A stretch of 64,000 nt of DNA, taken from contig CAVWIP010000010.1 of the NCBI GenBank assembly GCA_963755125.1, positions 64,001 to 128,000 of the forward strand. Direction: 5' to 3'. The translations under genes were made by a program, and so were the position numbers. Shown here one piece after another: positions 50,780 to 59,501 of this stretch; within the stretch, counting starts at the first letter, position 1, and each line of letters starts with the position of its first letter. Source of the stretch: an uncultured delta proteobacterium. Its GTDB lineage: Bacteria; Myxococcota_A; Polyangia; Fen-1088. Under the pieces are notes generated by a model. The model saw nothing but the letters and a program-made list of their open reading frames with translations. It was not told the DNA's origin and searched no databases.

Positions 50780-51994
50780 CTAGCTCGAACGCACGGTCCA
50801 GCGAAAACCCAAAGCCAAGCCAAGCCAAACCGGCAAAAAGAAGGCAACCAGAATCAGGTTGTCTTGTGACAGACCAGGAAGCGCCTTGGCAAGGACGCCG
50901 ATGGCGGCGAAGCCAGCAGCCGTGGCCACGACCCAGAACGCCTTGCGTATGGCCGCTGGCCGTCCCAGCGCCGTCCCGACTCCGTAGCCGGCCAGCACGA
51001 CCGACCACGGCGCGAGGAGGAAAATGTTCGCATTGGCATAGGCAGCCTTGTGGTCGGTGAACAACCAGAATGAAAGCAAGATGAGCCCCAACAGACCGAA
51101 GACGAGTCCCAGCAGGCTGCCGGCAAAACCGAGTCCGACGCGCGCGACCGGATGGTTGCTGGCAAGTCGGCCGAGCCAAGCCAAGAGCGCGCCGAACGCT
51201 AGGCCCGCGGCCAGAAAGTACACGGTCCAATTGGGCGGCCGATCCGGCTTCGGAGGCCGGCGCGCCGCAAACAGGGTGCGTTCCGACTTGACCAGCGGCT
51301 TGTCGCCCGATTCTCCCGGGATGCGGACGTCGCGCAGAAGATCGCGCATTCGCTCCGGCAAGAACGCCTCGTCCCACAGAGTGATGGGGGCGTCGCTCGG
51401 CCGGCCCAGCCCCAGGTCGAGGCCGAGGTATTCGGGGAAGAAGTCCGCCGTCATGCGAAGCGCGTCTGCGCGAAAGGTCATGACCGCCGGTCGCTCGCCC
51501 ACCTGCCGGATCCGGCCGCCCACCACGCGGTCGATGGCATCGCGCACGCGGGTGGAGCAGTTGTCCCGGAAGTAGTCGTAGAGGTACTCCCGGTTCTCGG
51601 GTCGCGCGTTCTCGCGCAGGCTCTGCCACAAGCCCCATTTCTGGGCGGGCGTCAGATCCAGTTCCTGGGCCTCGATCGTCCGGTTGTCGGAAATGTACGA
51701 CGCGAACGTCCCCTCCATGGTCGACACCGACAGCCAGTACTTGAAGCGGCCGCGCAAGAACCTGGGGATGAGCGCGGACGAGTCGAAGGCGAAGGTGCCG
51801 AAGTTGTAGACCAGCCCGGTTTCCTCGGTCTGCACCAGGATGGCATTGTGTCCGAACTTGAAGAACGGATGGTCGCCGGGGCCGAAGGTGAGAACGAAGA
51901 CGGTGAGGTTCTCGCCCGGCTCAGCGCGCGCGAAACGCGCACCCGAGAGCACGAGTAGCGAGAGCCCCGTGGCGAGAACAATTCGCAAGCCCAT
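50780..51994 (-). CDS. DUF4105 / Lnb-like lipoprotein N-acyltransferase-domain membrane protein
   Basis: FGHNAI, YNFGTF, YLYDYFRDNCSTRVRD (Cys/His pair); several C-terminal TM helices. Confidence 0.8.
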   Translation of the reverse strand: MGLRIVLATGLSLLVLSGARFARAEPGENLTVFVLTFGPGDHPFFKFGHNAILVQTEETGLVYNFGTFAFDSSALIPRFLRGRFKYWLSVSTMEGTFASYISDNRTIEAQELDLTPAQKWGLWQSLRENARPENREYLYDYFRDNCSTRVRDAIDRVVGGRIRQVGERPAVMTFRADALRMTADFFPEYLGLDLGLGRPSDAPITLWDEAFLPERMRDLLRDVRIPGESGDKPLVKSERTLFAARRPPKPDRPPNWTVYFLAAGLAFGALLAWLGRLASNHPVARVGLGFAGSLLGLVFGLLGLILLSFWLFTDHKAAYANANIFLLAPWSVVLAGYGVGTALGRPAAIRKAFWVVATAAGFAAIGVLAKALPGLSQDNLILVAFFLPVWLGLALGFRWTVRSS

Positions 51995-52051
51995 GGAAGA
52001 TGAACCTACCAGGTCACGGGCACGCGCCAGCGCAAATCCGACGCCGCAGCC

Positions 52052-52870
52052 TCACTGGGCTGCCCGCGGCCTATCCGGCACGATCTCCACCTCGAAGATC
52101 CGCGGCCACAGCTTGCCGGTGAGCACCAGATGCCCCGTGGACGGAAGGTATGCGATGCCGTTCAAAACGTCGGCGGCATGCGCCTCCTCGGGCGCGAGCA
52201 AGCCCGAAGCGTCAATCCATCCCGTCACATCTCCGGTGTGCGGGTCGATGCGCGCGATATGACTGTCTTGCCACACGTTGGCGTAGACGGCGCCATCCAC
52301 GCACTCCAATTCGTTGAGGCTGCGCACGGGCTGTCCGGCGCGACGGACCACGATCTCGCCCACCTTGGCGAAACTTTCCGGATCGCGCAGCGCAAGCGCA
52401 TCGCTGCCGTCGCTCATGACCAGATGGCGGCCGTCGAAACACAGGCCCCAACCCTCGCCTTGATAGCGAATCTCCCGTTCCTTGCTCAGCGTCGCCAGGT
52501 TCCAGACCAGCGCTCGCCCGTTCTGCCAGGTCAATTGCAACAGGCGGCCGCCCACCCGCGCCAGTCCCTCGCCGAAGAGATCCGCCGGCAGATCAACCCC
52601 GCGCTCGACCACACCGCTATCCGGGTCCACCCGACGCAGCGATGAGCGCCCGTAGAGCCCAGTGCTTTCATAGAACTTGCCCTCGAAGAAGAGCAGGCCT
52701 TGAGTGAACGCGCTGGGATCGTGCGGAAAAGTGCGGACGACCTTGAGCCGCAGCTTGGTTGCCGAAACTGTCTGCGCGGGACGATCTGTCGGCTTGGCGC
52801 AGGCGGAGAGCGCCCACAACGCCGCACAGGCAGCCACCGTGAAAAGATATGCACTTCGCCGCAAGGGCAT
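52052..52870 (-). CDS. Glutaminyl-peptide cyclotransferase (type I QC), lipoprotein
   Basis: PHDPSAFTQGL, YESTGLYGRS, FGEGL, EGWGL, LNELE, VLNGIA, TGKLWP; lipobox LSAC. Confidence 0.93.
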   Translation of the reverse strand: MPLRRSAYLFTVAACAALWALSACAKPTDRPAQTVSATKLRLKVVRTFPHDPSAFTQGLLFFEGKFYESTGLYGRSSLRRVDPDSGVVERGVDLPADLFGEGLARVGGRLLQLTWQNGRALVWNLATLSKEREIRYQGEGWGLCFDGRHLVMSDGSDALALRDPESFAKVGEIVVRRAGQPVRSLNELECVDGAVYANVWQDSHIARIDPHTGDVTGWIDASGLLAPEEAHAADVLNGIAYLPSTGHLVLTGKLWPRIFEVEIVPDRPRAAQ

Positions 52871-52909
52871 GGCGGGGCCAATGATACCCGACTGTTCCCG
52901 GCGACACGA

Positions 52910-53566
52910 TCAGAACACGACCGGAAGGGCAAGGGCATGTCGCAGGCGCGCCAGGTATTCGTTGCGCGAGATCTCCACCGCTCCCAGGCGGTCCAGATGG
53001 GGCGTCGGCACCTGGGCATCGAGCAGCGCGAAACCACGCCCATGCAGGTGCTGGACAAGGTGTGCAACGGCAGCCTTGGAGGCATCGGTGCGGCGATGGA
53101 ACATCGATTCGCCTCCGAAGAAGCCGCCGATGCTCACACCGTAAAGCCCGCCCACCAGCTCGCCTTTCTCGTAGACCTCGACGCTGTGAGCGGCGCCGCG
53201 CCGGTGGAGTTCCGTGTACGCAGCGACGAAATCTCCGGTGATCCATGTGGTCGGTCGATCGGGCGCGGGCTCCGCGCACTTGCGCATCACGCCCTCGAAA
53301 TCCTGGTCGAGCACGAAGGTCCATCCGGCTCGACGCAGGCGCTTGCACAAGCTCCGCGACGGGCGATACGTCTCCAGGTCGAAGACTGCGCGGGGATCGG
53401 GAGACCACCACGTCACCATCGGATCCGAGGACCAGGGAAACACGCCCGCGCGATACGCGCGCAACAAAGTCTCCGGCGTGACGGCTCCGCCAACTGCCAC
53501 CAGCCCATCCATGACGCCATCAGCGAAAATATGCTCTGCGTCGTCTTGATCAAAATCTTCTTGCAT
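52910..53566 (-). CDS. aat: Leucyl/phenylalanyl-tRNA--protein transferase
   Basis: GLVAVGG, LLRAYRAGVFPW, WWSPDPR, AHSVEV, GGLYGV, FGGESMF, DASKAA, DAQ. Confidence 0.95.
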   Translation of the reverse strand: MQEDFDQDDAEHIFADGVMDGLVAVGGAVTPETLLRAYRAGVFPWSSDPMVTWWSPDPRAVFDLETYRPSRSLCKRLRRAGWTFVLDQDFEGVMRKCAEPAPDRPTTWITGDFVAAYTELHRRGAAHSVEVYEKGELVGGLYGVSIGGFFGGESMFHRRTDASKAAVAHLVQHLHGRGFALLDAQVPTPHLDRLGAVEISRNEYLARLRHALALPVVF

Positions 53567-53729
53567 GTCCACCACGGTCTTGATAGTGAATCGCTGCGTG
53601 ACAATTATCGCAGTGCCTCATGGGATGTCCCAGCACCAGCGTTAATTTTGTTCGCTTTATTTTCACATTCGAGTAAGGTACCGGCCCCAAGAGGCTTATT
53701 TAGAAGAGAACAACCCAGGAGACAAGGCT

Positions 53730-54113
53730 ATGACGAGGAAGCTTGCTGTAACGGTGTTTGCGATGTCCCTCACGCTAGTTGGCTGCGGTAGCAGTAGCAC
53801 GACCAAGCCAGATGCGGCTGCCGACGGGAAGATGATGGCGGACACTATGCCTGTCACGCCCGATACGGCGACAGCCCCAACACCAGACGGGCCGATGATC
53901 GCGGACGTCGCGGTCGATAATCCCGTTGCTACCCCTGACGGTCCGGTCGCCGACATGCCCGTGGTCGTCCCCGATGGCGGTATGCTTCCCGACACCAAGC
54001 CAGCGACCGACGTTCCGGCCCCGAAGCTTGATGCTCTGGATGCCCCTGGCGCTGATGTTCCGGCTCACGAGGTCGGCACCGTTGACGGTGGCGACGCCGG
54101 GCAAGAAGACTGA
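53730..54113 (+). CDS. Disordered Pro/Asp-rich lipoprotein
   Basis: AGGAGA RBS; lipobox LVGC; repeated TPDGP.ADV; own terminator. Confidence 0.75.
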   Translation: MTRKLAVTVFAMSLTLVGCGSSSTTKPDAAADGKMMADTMPVTPDTATAPTPDGPMIADVAVDNPVATPDGPVADMPVVVPDGGMLPDTKPATDVPAPKLDALDAPGADVPAHEVGTVDGGDAGQED

Positions 54114-54143
54114 GCAGCCCCGCTCGGTCTGCCTGCACTCGAG

Positions 54144-54186
54144 AAAGGGCTGGATCCAACCCGGAAGGGGTGGACTAGCCCTTTTT
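54144..54186 (+). terminator. Rho-independent terminator
   Basis: AAAGGGCTGGATCCAACCC-GGAA-GGGGTGGACTAGCCCTTTTT. Confidence 0.8.
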
Positions 54187-54339
54187 CCGTTGGGACGCAT
54201 TTCGTCTCTCGGCTAGGCAAAACTTTCATCCAAGGGACGAAAAAGGTCGCCATGGCCAAGGCCTTGCGCCAACGACGAGACACTCTTTTTTCAGGGTTGT
54301 CAGAGGCTTAGGTGGAAGAGACTCTGTTTTCTTGCGCCG

Positions 54340-54355
54340 TGGCACGAGGAATGCA
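54340..54355 (+). promoter_or_regulatory. Sigma54 promoter of the pilin gene
   Basis: TGGCAC-GAGGA-ATGCA (GG-N10-GC), about 20 nt before the ATG. Type IV pilin genes are commonly sigma54/PilR-controlled. Confidence 0.75.
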
Positions 54356-54375
54356 ATAGTCGCTTCCGGGAAGTC

Positions 54376-54918
54376 ATGCGAAACAAAAAAAACAGCGGAT
54401 TCACTCTAGTGGAACTGATGATCGTGGTGGCAATCATCGGAATCATTGCCGCGATCGCGATCCCTGCCTTCACCAGGTACGTCAAGAGATCGCGTACTTC
54501 CGAAGTCGCCGGGTTTCTCAACAAGCAATGGGCAGGATCCGTCACCTACTACATGACGGACTTCTCGAGCGGCACCGGCGGGGTCCTGCCCCGCCAGTTT
54601 CCGGGCCTCGCTGGGTCATGGGAAGCCACCGGCGATTGCGCCTGCCTGGCGGGAGGGCGCTGTCCGGGCGGCGCGGCCGTCTGGGGGAGCGACGGAGTCT
54701 GGCTAGCGCTCAAGTTCTCCATCCCCGACTCGCACAGTTACATGCCGGGATATACCGGGTCGGGCAACGGGACCAGCGCGCAGTTCACCGCCTTTGTGAG
54801 AGGCGATATGGACTGCGACGGTACCTTGGCCCAGTTCTTCAGAAACGGCGGGCTCAGCTCTGGCGGCGGCGACGTGACCGGGGCTCGCCAGCCATATGTG
54901 ATCAACGAGCTGGAGTGA
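54376..54918 (+). CDS. Type IV pilin (PilA-like)
   Basis: Prepilin site [23 protein letters not shown] with Glu5; C-terminal [13 protein letters not shown]. Confidence 0.92.
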   Translation: MRNKKNSGFTLVELMIVVAIIGIIAAIAIPAFTRYVKRSRTSEVAGFLNKQWAGSVTYYMTDFSSGTGGVLPRQFPGLAGSWEATGDCACLAGGRCPGGAAVWGSDGVWLALKFSIPDSHSYMPGYTGSGNGTSAQFTAFVRGDMDCDGTLAQFFRNGGLSSGGGDVTGARQPYVINELE

Positions 54919-55043
54919 CTGCCGGCACCAAGCCCGCGGCTGGCGCGGGCTGAGCGAGCCCCGGGGGGCCTTGCCCAGTTGCGGCCTAGAAGTTGGGTCG
55001 CCAACAGCGGGTTGGATTGTGTAGTCTGTAGGCCGACGTCGTC

Positions 55044-55910
55044 ATGGATTCGGCTCCTCCTCTCACCGCGACACTACTTGTCACCTGCCGTGACCGCACG
55101 GGCCTGGTCGCGGCGTTGTCGAACTTCGTCTTCCAGAATGGCGGCAATATACTGGATGCCGACCAACACTCGGAGAGCGAGAGCGGCGAGTTTTTCATGC
55201 GACTGGTCTGGGACCTGAGCGGGTTCCGGCTGGAGCGCCAGGCTGCCCAGGCTGCGATTGAAGCGCTCGCCCGCCAGTTCAACCTGCGCTGGGAGCTGAC
55301 CTTCTCAGACGCACGGCCGCGGGTCGCCGTCATGGTCAGCAAGGCTTCGCATTGCCTGTATGACTTGATGCTGTGCCAGCAACTGGGGGATCTGGGCGGC
55401 GAGATCATCACAGTCATCTCGAACCACGAGACGCTGTCCGATGTGTGCAGACACTTTGACGTGCCGCTGGCGGTAATCCCGGTCGAGCGAGACCAGAAAG
55501 CCGTGGGCGAGGCCAGGCAACTGGCGCTGCTGGCTGAACTGCGCATCGATCTGGTGGTGCTCGCGCGCTACATGCAGATCCTGTCGCCCGCGTTCGTGGA
55601 GCGCTGGCAGGGACGCATCATCAACATACACCACTCGTTCCTGCCCGCCTTCGCAGGCGCGCGCCCCTACCACCAGGCCCAGCAACGCGGGGTGAAGGTC
55701 ATCGGCGCCACAGCCCACTATGTGACCGCGGACCTGGACCAGGGCCCGATCATCGAGCAGGACGTGTGCCGAGTCTCCCATCGCGACACCGTTGAAGACA
55801 TGATGCGCAAGGGACGAGAGCTGGAGCGGCAGGTGCTCACGCGGGCAGTGCGCCTCCACCTGCAACGGCGGGTCCTGGTATCTGGCAACCGCACCATCGT
55901 GTTTGGTTGA
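55044..55910 (+). CDS. purU: Formyltetrahydrofolate deformylase
   Basis: CRDRTGLVA, FFMR, VSK..HCL, VLARYMQIL, INIHHSFLPAF, GVKVIGATAH, DQGPIIEQD. Confidence 0.97.
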   Translation: MDSAPPLTATLLVTCRDRTGLVAALSNFVFQNGGNILDADQHSESESGEFFMRLVWDLSGFRLERQAAQAAIEALARQFNLRWELTFSDARPRVAVMVSKASHCLYDLMLCQQLGDLGGEIITVISNHETLSDVCRHFDVPLAVIPVERDQKAVGEARQLALLAELRIDLVVLARYMQILSPAFVERWQGRIINIHHSFLPAFAGARPYHQAQQRGVKVIGATAHYVTADLDQGPIIEQDVCRVSHRDTVEDMMRKGRELERQVLTRAVRLHLQRRVLVSGNRTIVFG

Positions 55911-55977
55911 CTCGCGACGCGCCTGTCAACAATAATGGATCCGTTGGCGTGGTTTCGCCGGACGGAAGGAGATCCTC

Positions 55978-56490
55978 ATGAAGATCTGGCTGGTCGCAGT
56001 CGCATTGTTGGCCGCAACAACCGCCAGCGCAGCAGCGAAGAAGACTGCCAAGGAAGCAGCGACGAAATCGGCTGCCGATCCCAACGCGGCCGTGGCCAAG
56101 AGCCACGGTGGCAAGGTTTGGGTGGTGTCTGATTCCATCCCAGCAGTCGAGGGAGATGGACTGGAGAAATGGCTGACCGCGCACCCCACGAACCTGGAAC
56201 TCGCCCGCAAAGGCAACGAGGATCGGTGGGCCATCAATTTCCTGGCCGTGTTCAAGAAGCCGCCGGCCAAGGGTCCGATGACGGTCATGTTCGTGGACAA
56301 GAAGGATCCCAAGATCATCGTCGATCAGGTCTCGCCGCAAACACCCGGCGCCACTCTCGTCTACCAGGAAGGCTACGACCTGGAACAGAACAACGGCTTC
56401 AACAAGGACCACACCTACGTCATCCGGGTGGGGCAGCTCATCAAGGGCAAGTTCCAGTCGTACGCGACCGGCGAGATAACGCTCAAGTAG
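55978..56490 (+). CDS. Secreted hypothetical protein
   Basis: AAGGAG RBS; signal peptide; beta-rich domain; coding-like codon pattern. Confidence 0.75.
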   Translation: MKIWLVAVALLAATTASAAAKKTAKEAATKSAADPNAAVAKSHGGKVWVVSDSIPAVEGDGLEKWLTAHPTNLELARKGNEDRWAINFLAVFKKPPAKGPMTVMFVDKKDPKIIVDQVSPQTPGATLVYQEGYDLEQNNGFNKDHTYVIRVGQLIKGKFQSYATGEITLK

Positions 56491-56550
56491 CGTTGGCGGC
56501 GATGGCGCGCTAGGGCCAGCGCCTGCTCAAAGCTCCACCATGCTACGATT

Positions 56551-58023
56551 GTGCCTCCTGCCCGAACTGGCGCAGGCGAAGACGAGCCTTTGGCCACCGA
56601 ACCGATCCGCACAACACCCAGACCCCGACCTCGCCCTGGCGATGAGCTGTGCGTGACCGTCGACCGTCTGGCCTACGGGGGCGAGGCGGTGGGCCGGCAC
56701 CACGGGCTCGTGGTGTTTGTTTCAGGTGCGGCGCCCGGCGAGACGGTGCGCGCGCGCGTGCGACGAGTGCAGCGGCGGCACGTGGAAGCGGATGTGGTCG
56801 CGGTGGAGAAAGCCTCGCCCGAACGCGTGCAACCGCGCTGCGTGCACTTCGCCCAGGGCTGCGGCGGCTGCACCTGGCAGCACGTGGACTACGCGGGCCA
56901 GTTGCGCAACAAGGAAACCGCTGTTCGCGACAGCCTGGAGCGGCTGGGCAGGCTGCAAGACTTGCCCCTGCGTCCCATCATCCCCGCGCCCAGTCTCTGG
57001 CACTACCGCAACAAGATGGAGTTTGCCTTTCACCCCGAGGGCGTGCTGGGCCTGCACCCACGCGGGGCCTGGCACAGCATCCTGCGCTTGCGCGAGTGTT
57101 ATCTGGCGCCGCCCCTGACCGTGGCGCTGGTCAAGGCTGCCCAGGCCTTTGCGCGCGAGGAGAACCTGTCGCTGCACGATCCGCGCACCCATCAAGGGCT
57201 GCTGCGCGAGCTGGTCGTGCGCCACAGCCAGGGCACCACGGAAACTATGCTTGGCATCGTGACCAGCCCGGGAGCCTTCGACGCTGCGGCCGCCATGGCC
57301 GAACGTCTGGCCGCGGTAGACGCCAGCGTAAAGAGCGTGGTGCGCAGTATCCGCGCCTCGTCTGACACCTCGGCTCCCTTGCAGCAGACCACGCTCCTGC
57401 GTGGCCAGGACCACATCAGCGAAACCATCGGCGGCTTGCGCTTCAACATCGGCGTGGAAACCTTCTTTCAAACCAACACGGCGCAGGCTGAATGTCTAGT
57501 GGCCCTGGTCCGCGAACTGGCCGGCGACATGGCCGGGGCGCTGGCCATCGACGTCTACTGCGGCGTGGGCATGTTCACCCTGGCCCTGGCCGCCGCCGGC
57601 GCCAAGGCCGTTGGCATCGAGCTGTCGGAAAGTTCCGTCGAGGCCGCGCGAATCAACGCTCATGGCAACGGCCTGGATGGGGCCCGGTTCTTTGCCGGTG
57701 ACGCGCGCAGTGTCTTGCCCCAGGTGCTGGCCGAGCACGGGAGCCCGCGCGTCGTGGTGCTCGATCCACCGCGCGCCGGCGCCGGGGGAAAGGTCATGCG
57801 GCGAATTGCCCGCTCGGCGCCCGCGCGAATCATCTACGTGTCATGCAACCCCACCACATTGGCGCGCGATCTCGTGGAGCTGGAGCCCTTCGGCTACCGC
57901 ATCTCCGTGGTGCAACCGCTGGATTTGTTCCCCCAGACCTACCACGTGGAGACCGTGGTCGCGCTCGATCGCCATGCTATCCTGACTCCCTCGGTTCCGC
58001 CGTCCGCGTGCGAGCCTGAGTGA
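56551..58023 (+). CDS. rlmD: 23S rRNA m5U1939 methyltransferase
   Basis: TRAM domain, C..F..CGGC Fe-S motif, YRNKMEF, FFQTN, DVYCGVG, LDPPRAG, YVSCNP, DLFPQTYHVE. Confidence 0.93.
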   Translation: MPPARTGAGEDEPLATEPIRTTPRPRPRPGDELCVTVDRLAYGGEAVGRHHGLVVFVSGAAPGETVRARVRRVQRRHVEADVVAVEKASPERVQPRCVHFAQGCGGCTWQHVDYAGQLRNKETAVRDSLERLGRLQDLPLRPIIPAPSLWHYRNKMEFAFHPEGVLGLHPRGAWHSILRLRECYLAPPLTVALVKAAQAFAREENLSLHDPRTHQGLLRELVVRHSQGTTETMLGIVTSPGAFDAAAAMAERLAAVDASVKSVVRSIRASSDTSAPLQQTTLLRGQDHISETIGGLRFNIGVETFFQTNTAQAECLVALVRELAGDMAGALAIDVYCGVGMFTLALAAAGAKAVGIELSESSVEAARINAHGNGLDGARFFAGDARSVLPQVLAEHGSPRVVVLDPPRAGAGGKVMRRIARSAPARIIYVSCNPTTLARDLVELEPFGYRISVVQPLDLFPQTYHVETVVALDRHAILTPSVPPSACEPE

Positions 58024-58036
58024 ATCTTCCCGTGTC

Positions 58037-59095
58037 ATGAAGCGTGCGCGCAACCCAGTCTCCCTTTCGGGCATTCTCACGGGAATCCCACGCGGCTTCG
58101 ATGCCAAGCCAATCTGGGCGCAGCTCAACGTGACCTGGCGGTGCAACCTGAGCTGCCGCTACTGCACGGAGTACGACAACAGCAAGGGCCACGTCCCGGC
58201 ATCCGAAATCTACGCCCGTATCGACCGGTGCAAGCAACTGGGCGTGCTTCACACCGATCTCATCGGCGGCGAGCCGCTCTTGCACCCGGACATCTTCCCC
58301 CTCATGCGCCACGTGGTGCGCAGCGGGATGTCGACCGGGATGACCACCAACGGGTTTCTCCTGAGCGAGGACAAGCTGGACGCGCTCATCGACCTAGGCA
58401 TGGGCCGCATCCAGATCTCGATCGATTGCCTGAACCCGTCGGCGGACACGCCAAAATCCCTGCGCACCTTGCGCAACAAGATCGAGATGGTCGCACGCCG
58501 GGGGCTGTGGTTCTACGTCGCGGCGGTGCTGTGCCCTGAAACTCTCGACGAGGTGATTCCGCTGGCCGAGCACTGCTTCGAGTTGGACGTCCCCATCTTC
58601 TTCTCCCTGGTGCACGAGCGCGGCCGGCTGCAACCGGGACCGCTCGACGCGCGCTATTTGGAGAAGCTGCGCTGGCTGCGGCAGAAGAAGCGCGAGGGCA
58701 AGCCCATCTCAAACCCCTACTATCTCATCCGCTATTTTGAACGCGCCCTGGCCGGCCGGCCCATGCCCTGGACGTGCCGCGGGGGCAACAAGGCCTTCTA
58801 CGTCTCGCCCGAGGGCGATTTCCAGTACTGCTACCACGTCGCGCCGCTACGGTCCTTCGCGCAGATCACCGCGCAGGATATCCGCGATTCGCGCAGCCCA
58901 AAGGGTTGTGAGGATGGTTGCGGCGTCGATTGCATGATCCGAACCTCGCTGCCTTTTTCGAATCGCGCCTGGGTCATCCGGCATGAACTCGGCGAGCGTG
59001 TGCGCGGCCTGGGCAGCCGACTCGGACTGACCAGCTCGAAGACTACGCTCCCGGCAGATGGATCGGTTGACCCGGTCCAGAGAAACGCGGGCTGA
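58037..59095 (+). CDS. Radical SAM protein with C-terminal SPASM/Twitch-like Cys domain
   Basis: CNLSCRYC, GGEPL, TTNG; CRGG...YVSPEG..QYC...CEDGCGVDC. Confidence 0.9.
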   Translation: MKRARNPVSLSGILTGIPRGFDAKPIWAQLNVTWRCNLSCRYCTEYDNSKGHVPASEIYARIDRCKQLGVLHTDLIGGEPLLHPDIFPLMRHVVRSGMSTGMTTNGFLLSEDKLDALIDLGMGRIQISIDCLNPSADTPKSLRTLRNKIEMVARRGLWFYVAAVLCPETLDEVIPLAEHCFELDVPIFFSLVHERGRLQPGPLDARYLEKLRWLRQKKREGKPISNPYYLIRYFERALAGRPMPWTCRGGNKAFYVSPEGDFQYCYHVAPLRSFAQITAQDIRDSRSPKGCEDGCGVDCMIRTSLPFSNRAWVIRHELGERVRGLGSRLGLTSSKTTLPADGSVDPVQRNAG

Positions 59096-59501
59096 ACACG
59101 ACCCAGCGGTTCATCGGATAGTTCCAGCCGAGATAGACCAGCGCCGCCACCACCAGCTTGGATGCGGGATAGGGCAGACCAAGAAACCGCGTCAACAGCC
59201 AAACCCCGACGGTGTGCAATCCTGATGCGCCCACCTGGACCAGGACGAAGCGAAGAAACTGCATCGAGCGCGGCTGCCAGGACACGCGAAAGGTCCACCA
59301 GCGGTTGATGGAGAAATTGGAAAGTGATCCGACAATCGTCGCGATCCAAGTCGCCAGCACATAGTCGACACCGACCAGTTCGACCAGGCCGGTCAAGGTG
59401 AAGAAATCCAAAGCGATGGTGAACGTCGAGGTGAGCGAGTTGCGCACAAACGTGCCCCGAACCGGTTGGCGCGGCGAGGGTGGCACGTCGGCGGCTGTCA
59501 C
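59043..59501 (-). CDS. GtrA-family membrane protein
   Basis: DF, SNFSINRWWTF, QFLRF, SKL, WNYPMNRWVVF; GTGA overlap with the MMPL stop. Confidence 0.85.
   Translation of the reverse strand: MTAADVPPSPRQPVRGTFVRNSLTSTFTIALDFFTLTGLVELVGVDYVLATWIATIVGSLSNFSINRWWTFRVSWQPRSMQFLRFVLVQVGASGLHTVGVWLLTRFLGLPYPASKLVVAALVYLGWNYPMNRWVVFSPRFSGPGQPIHLPGA

Noticed and set aside
54205..54280. Possible c-di-GMP-I riboswitch upstream of the pilin (GGCAAA...GGGACG)
   Set aside because: It lacks the GNRA-capped P2 and the GCAAAG continuation, and lies upstream of the predicted sigma54 start. Activator sites are a better explanation.
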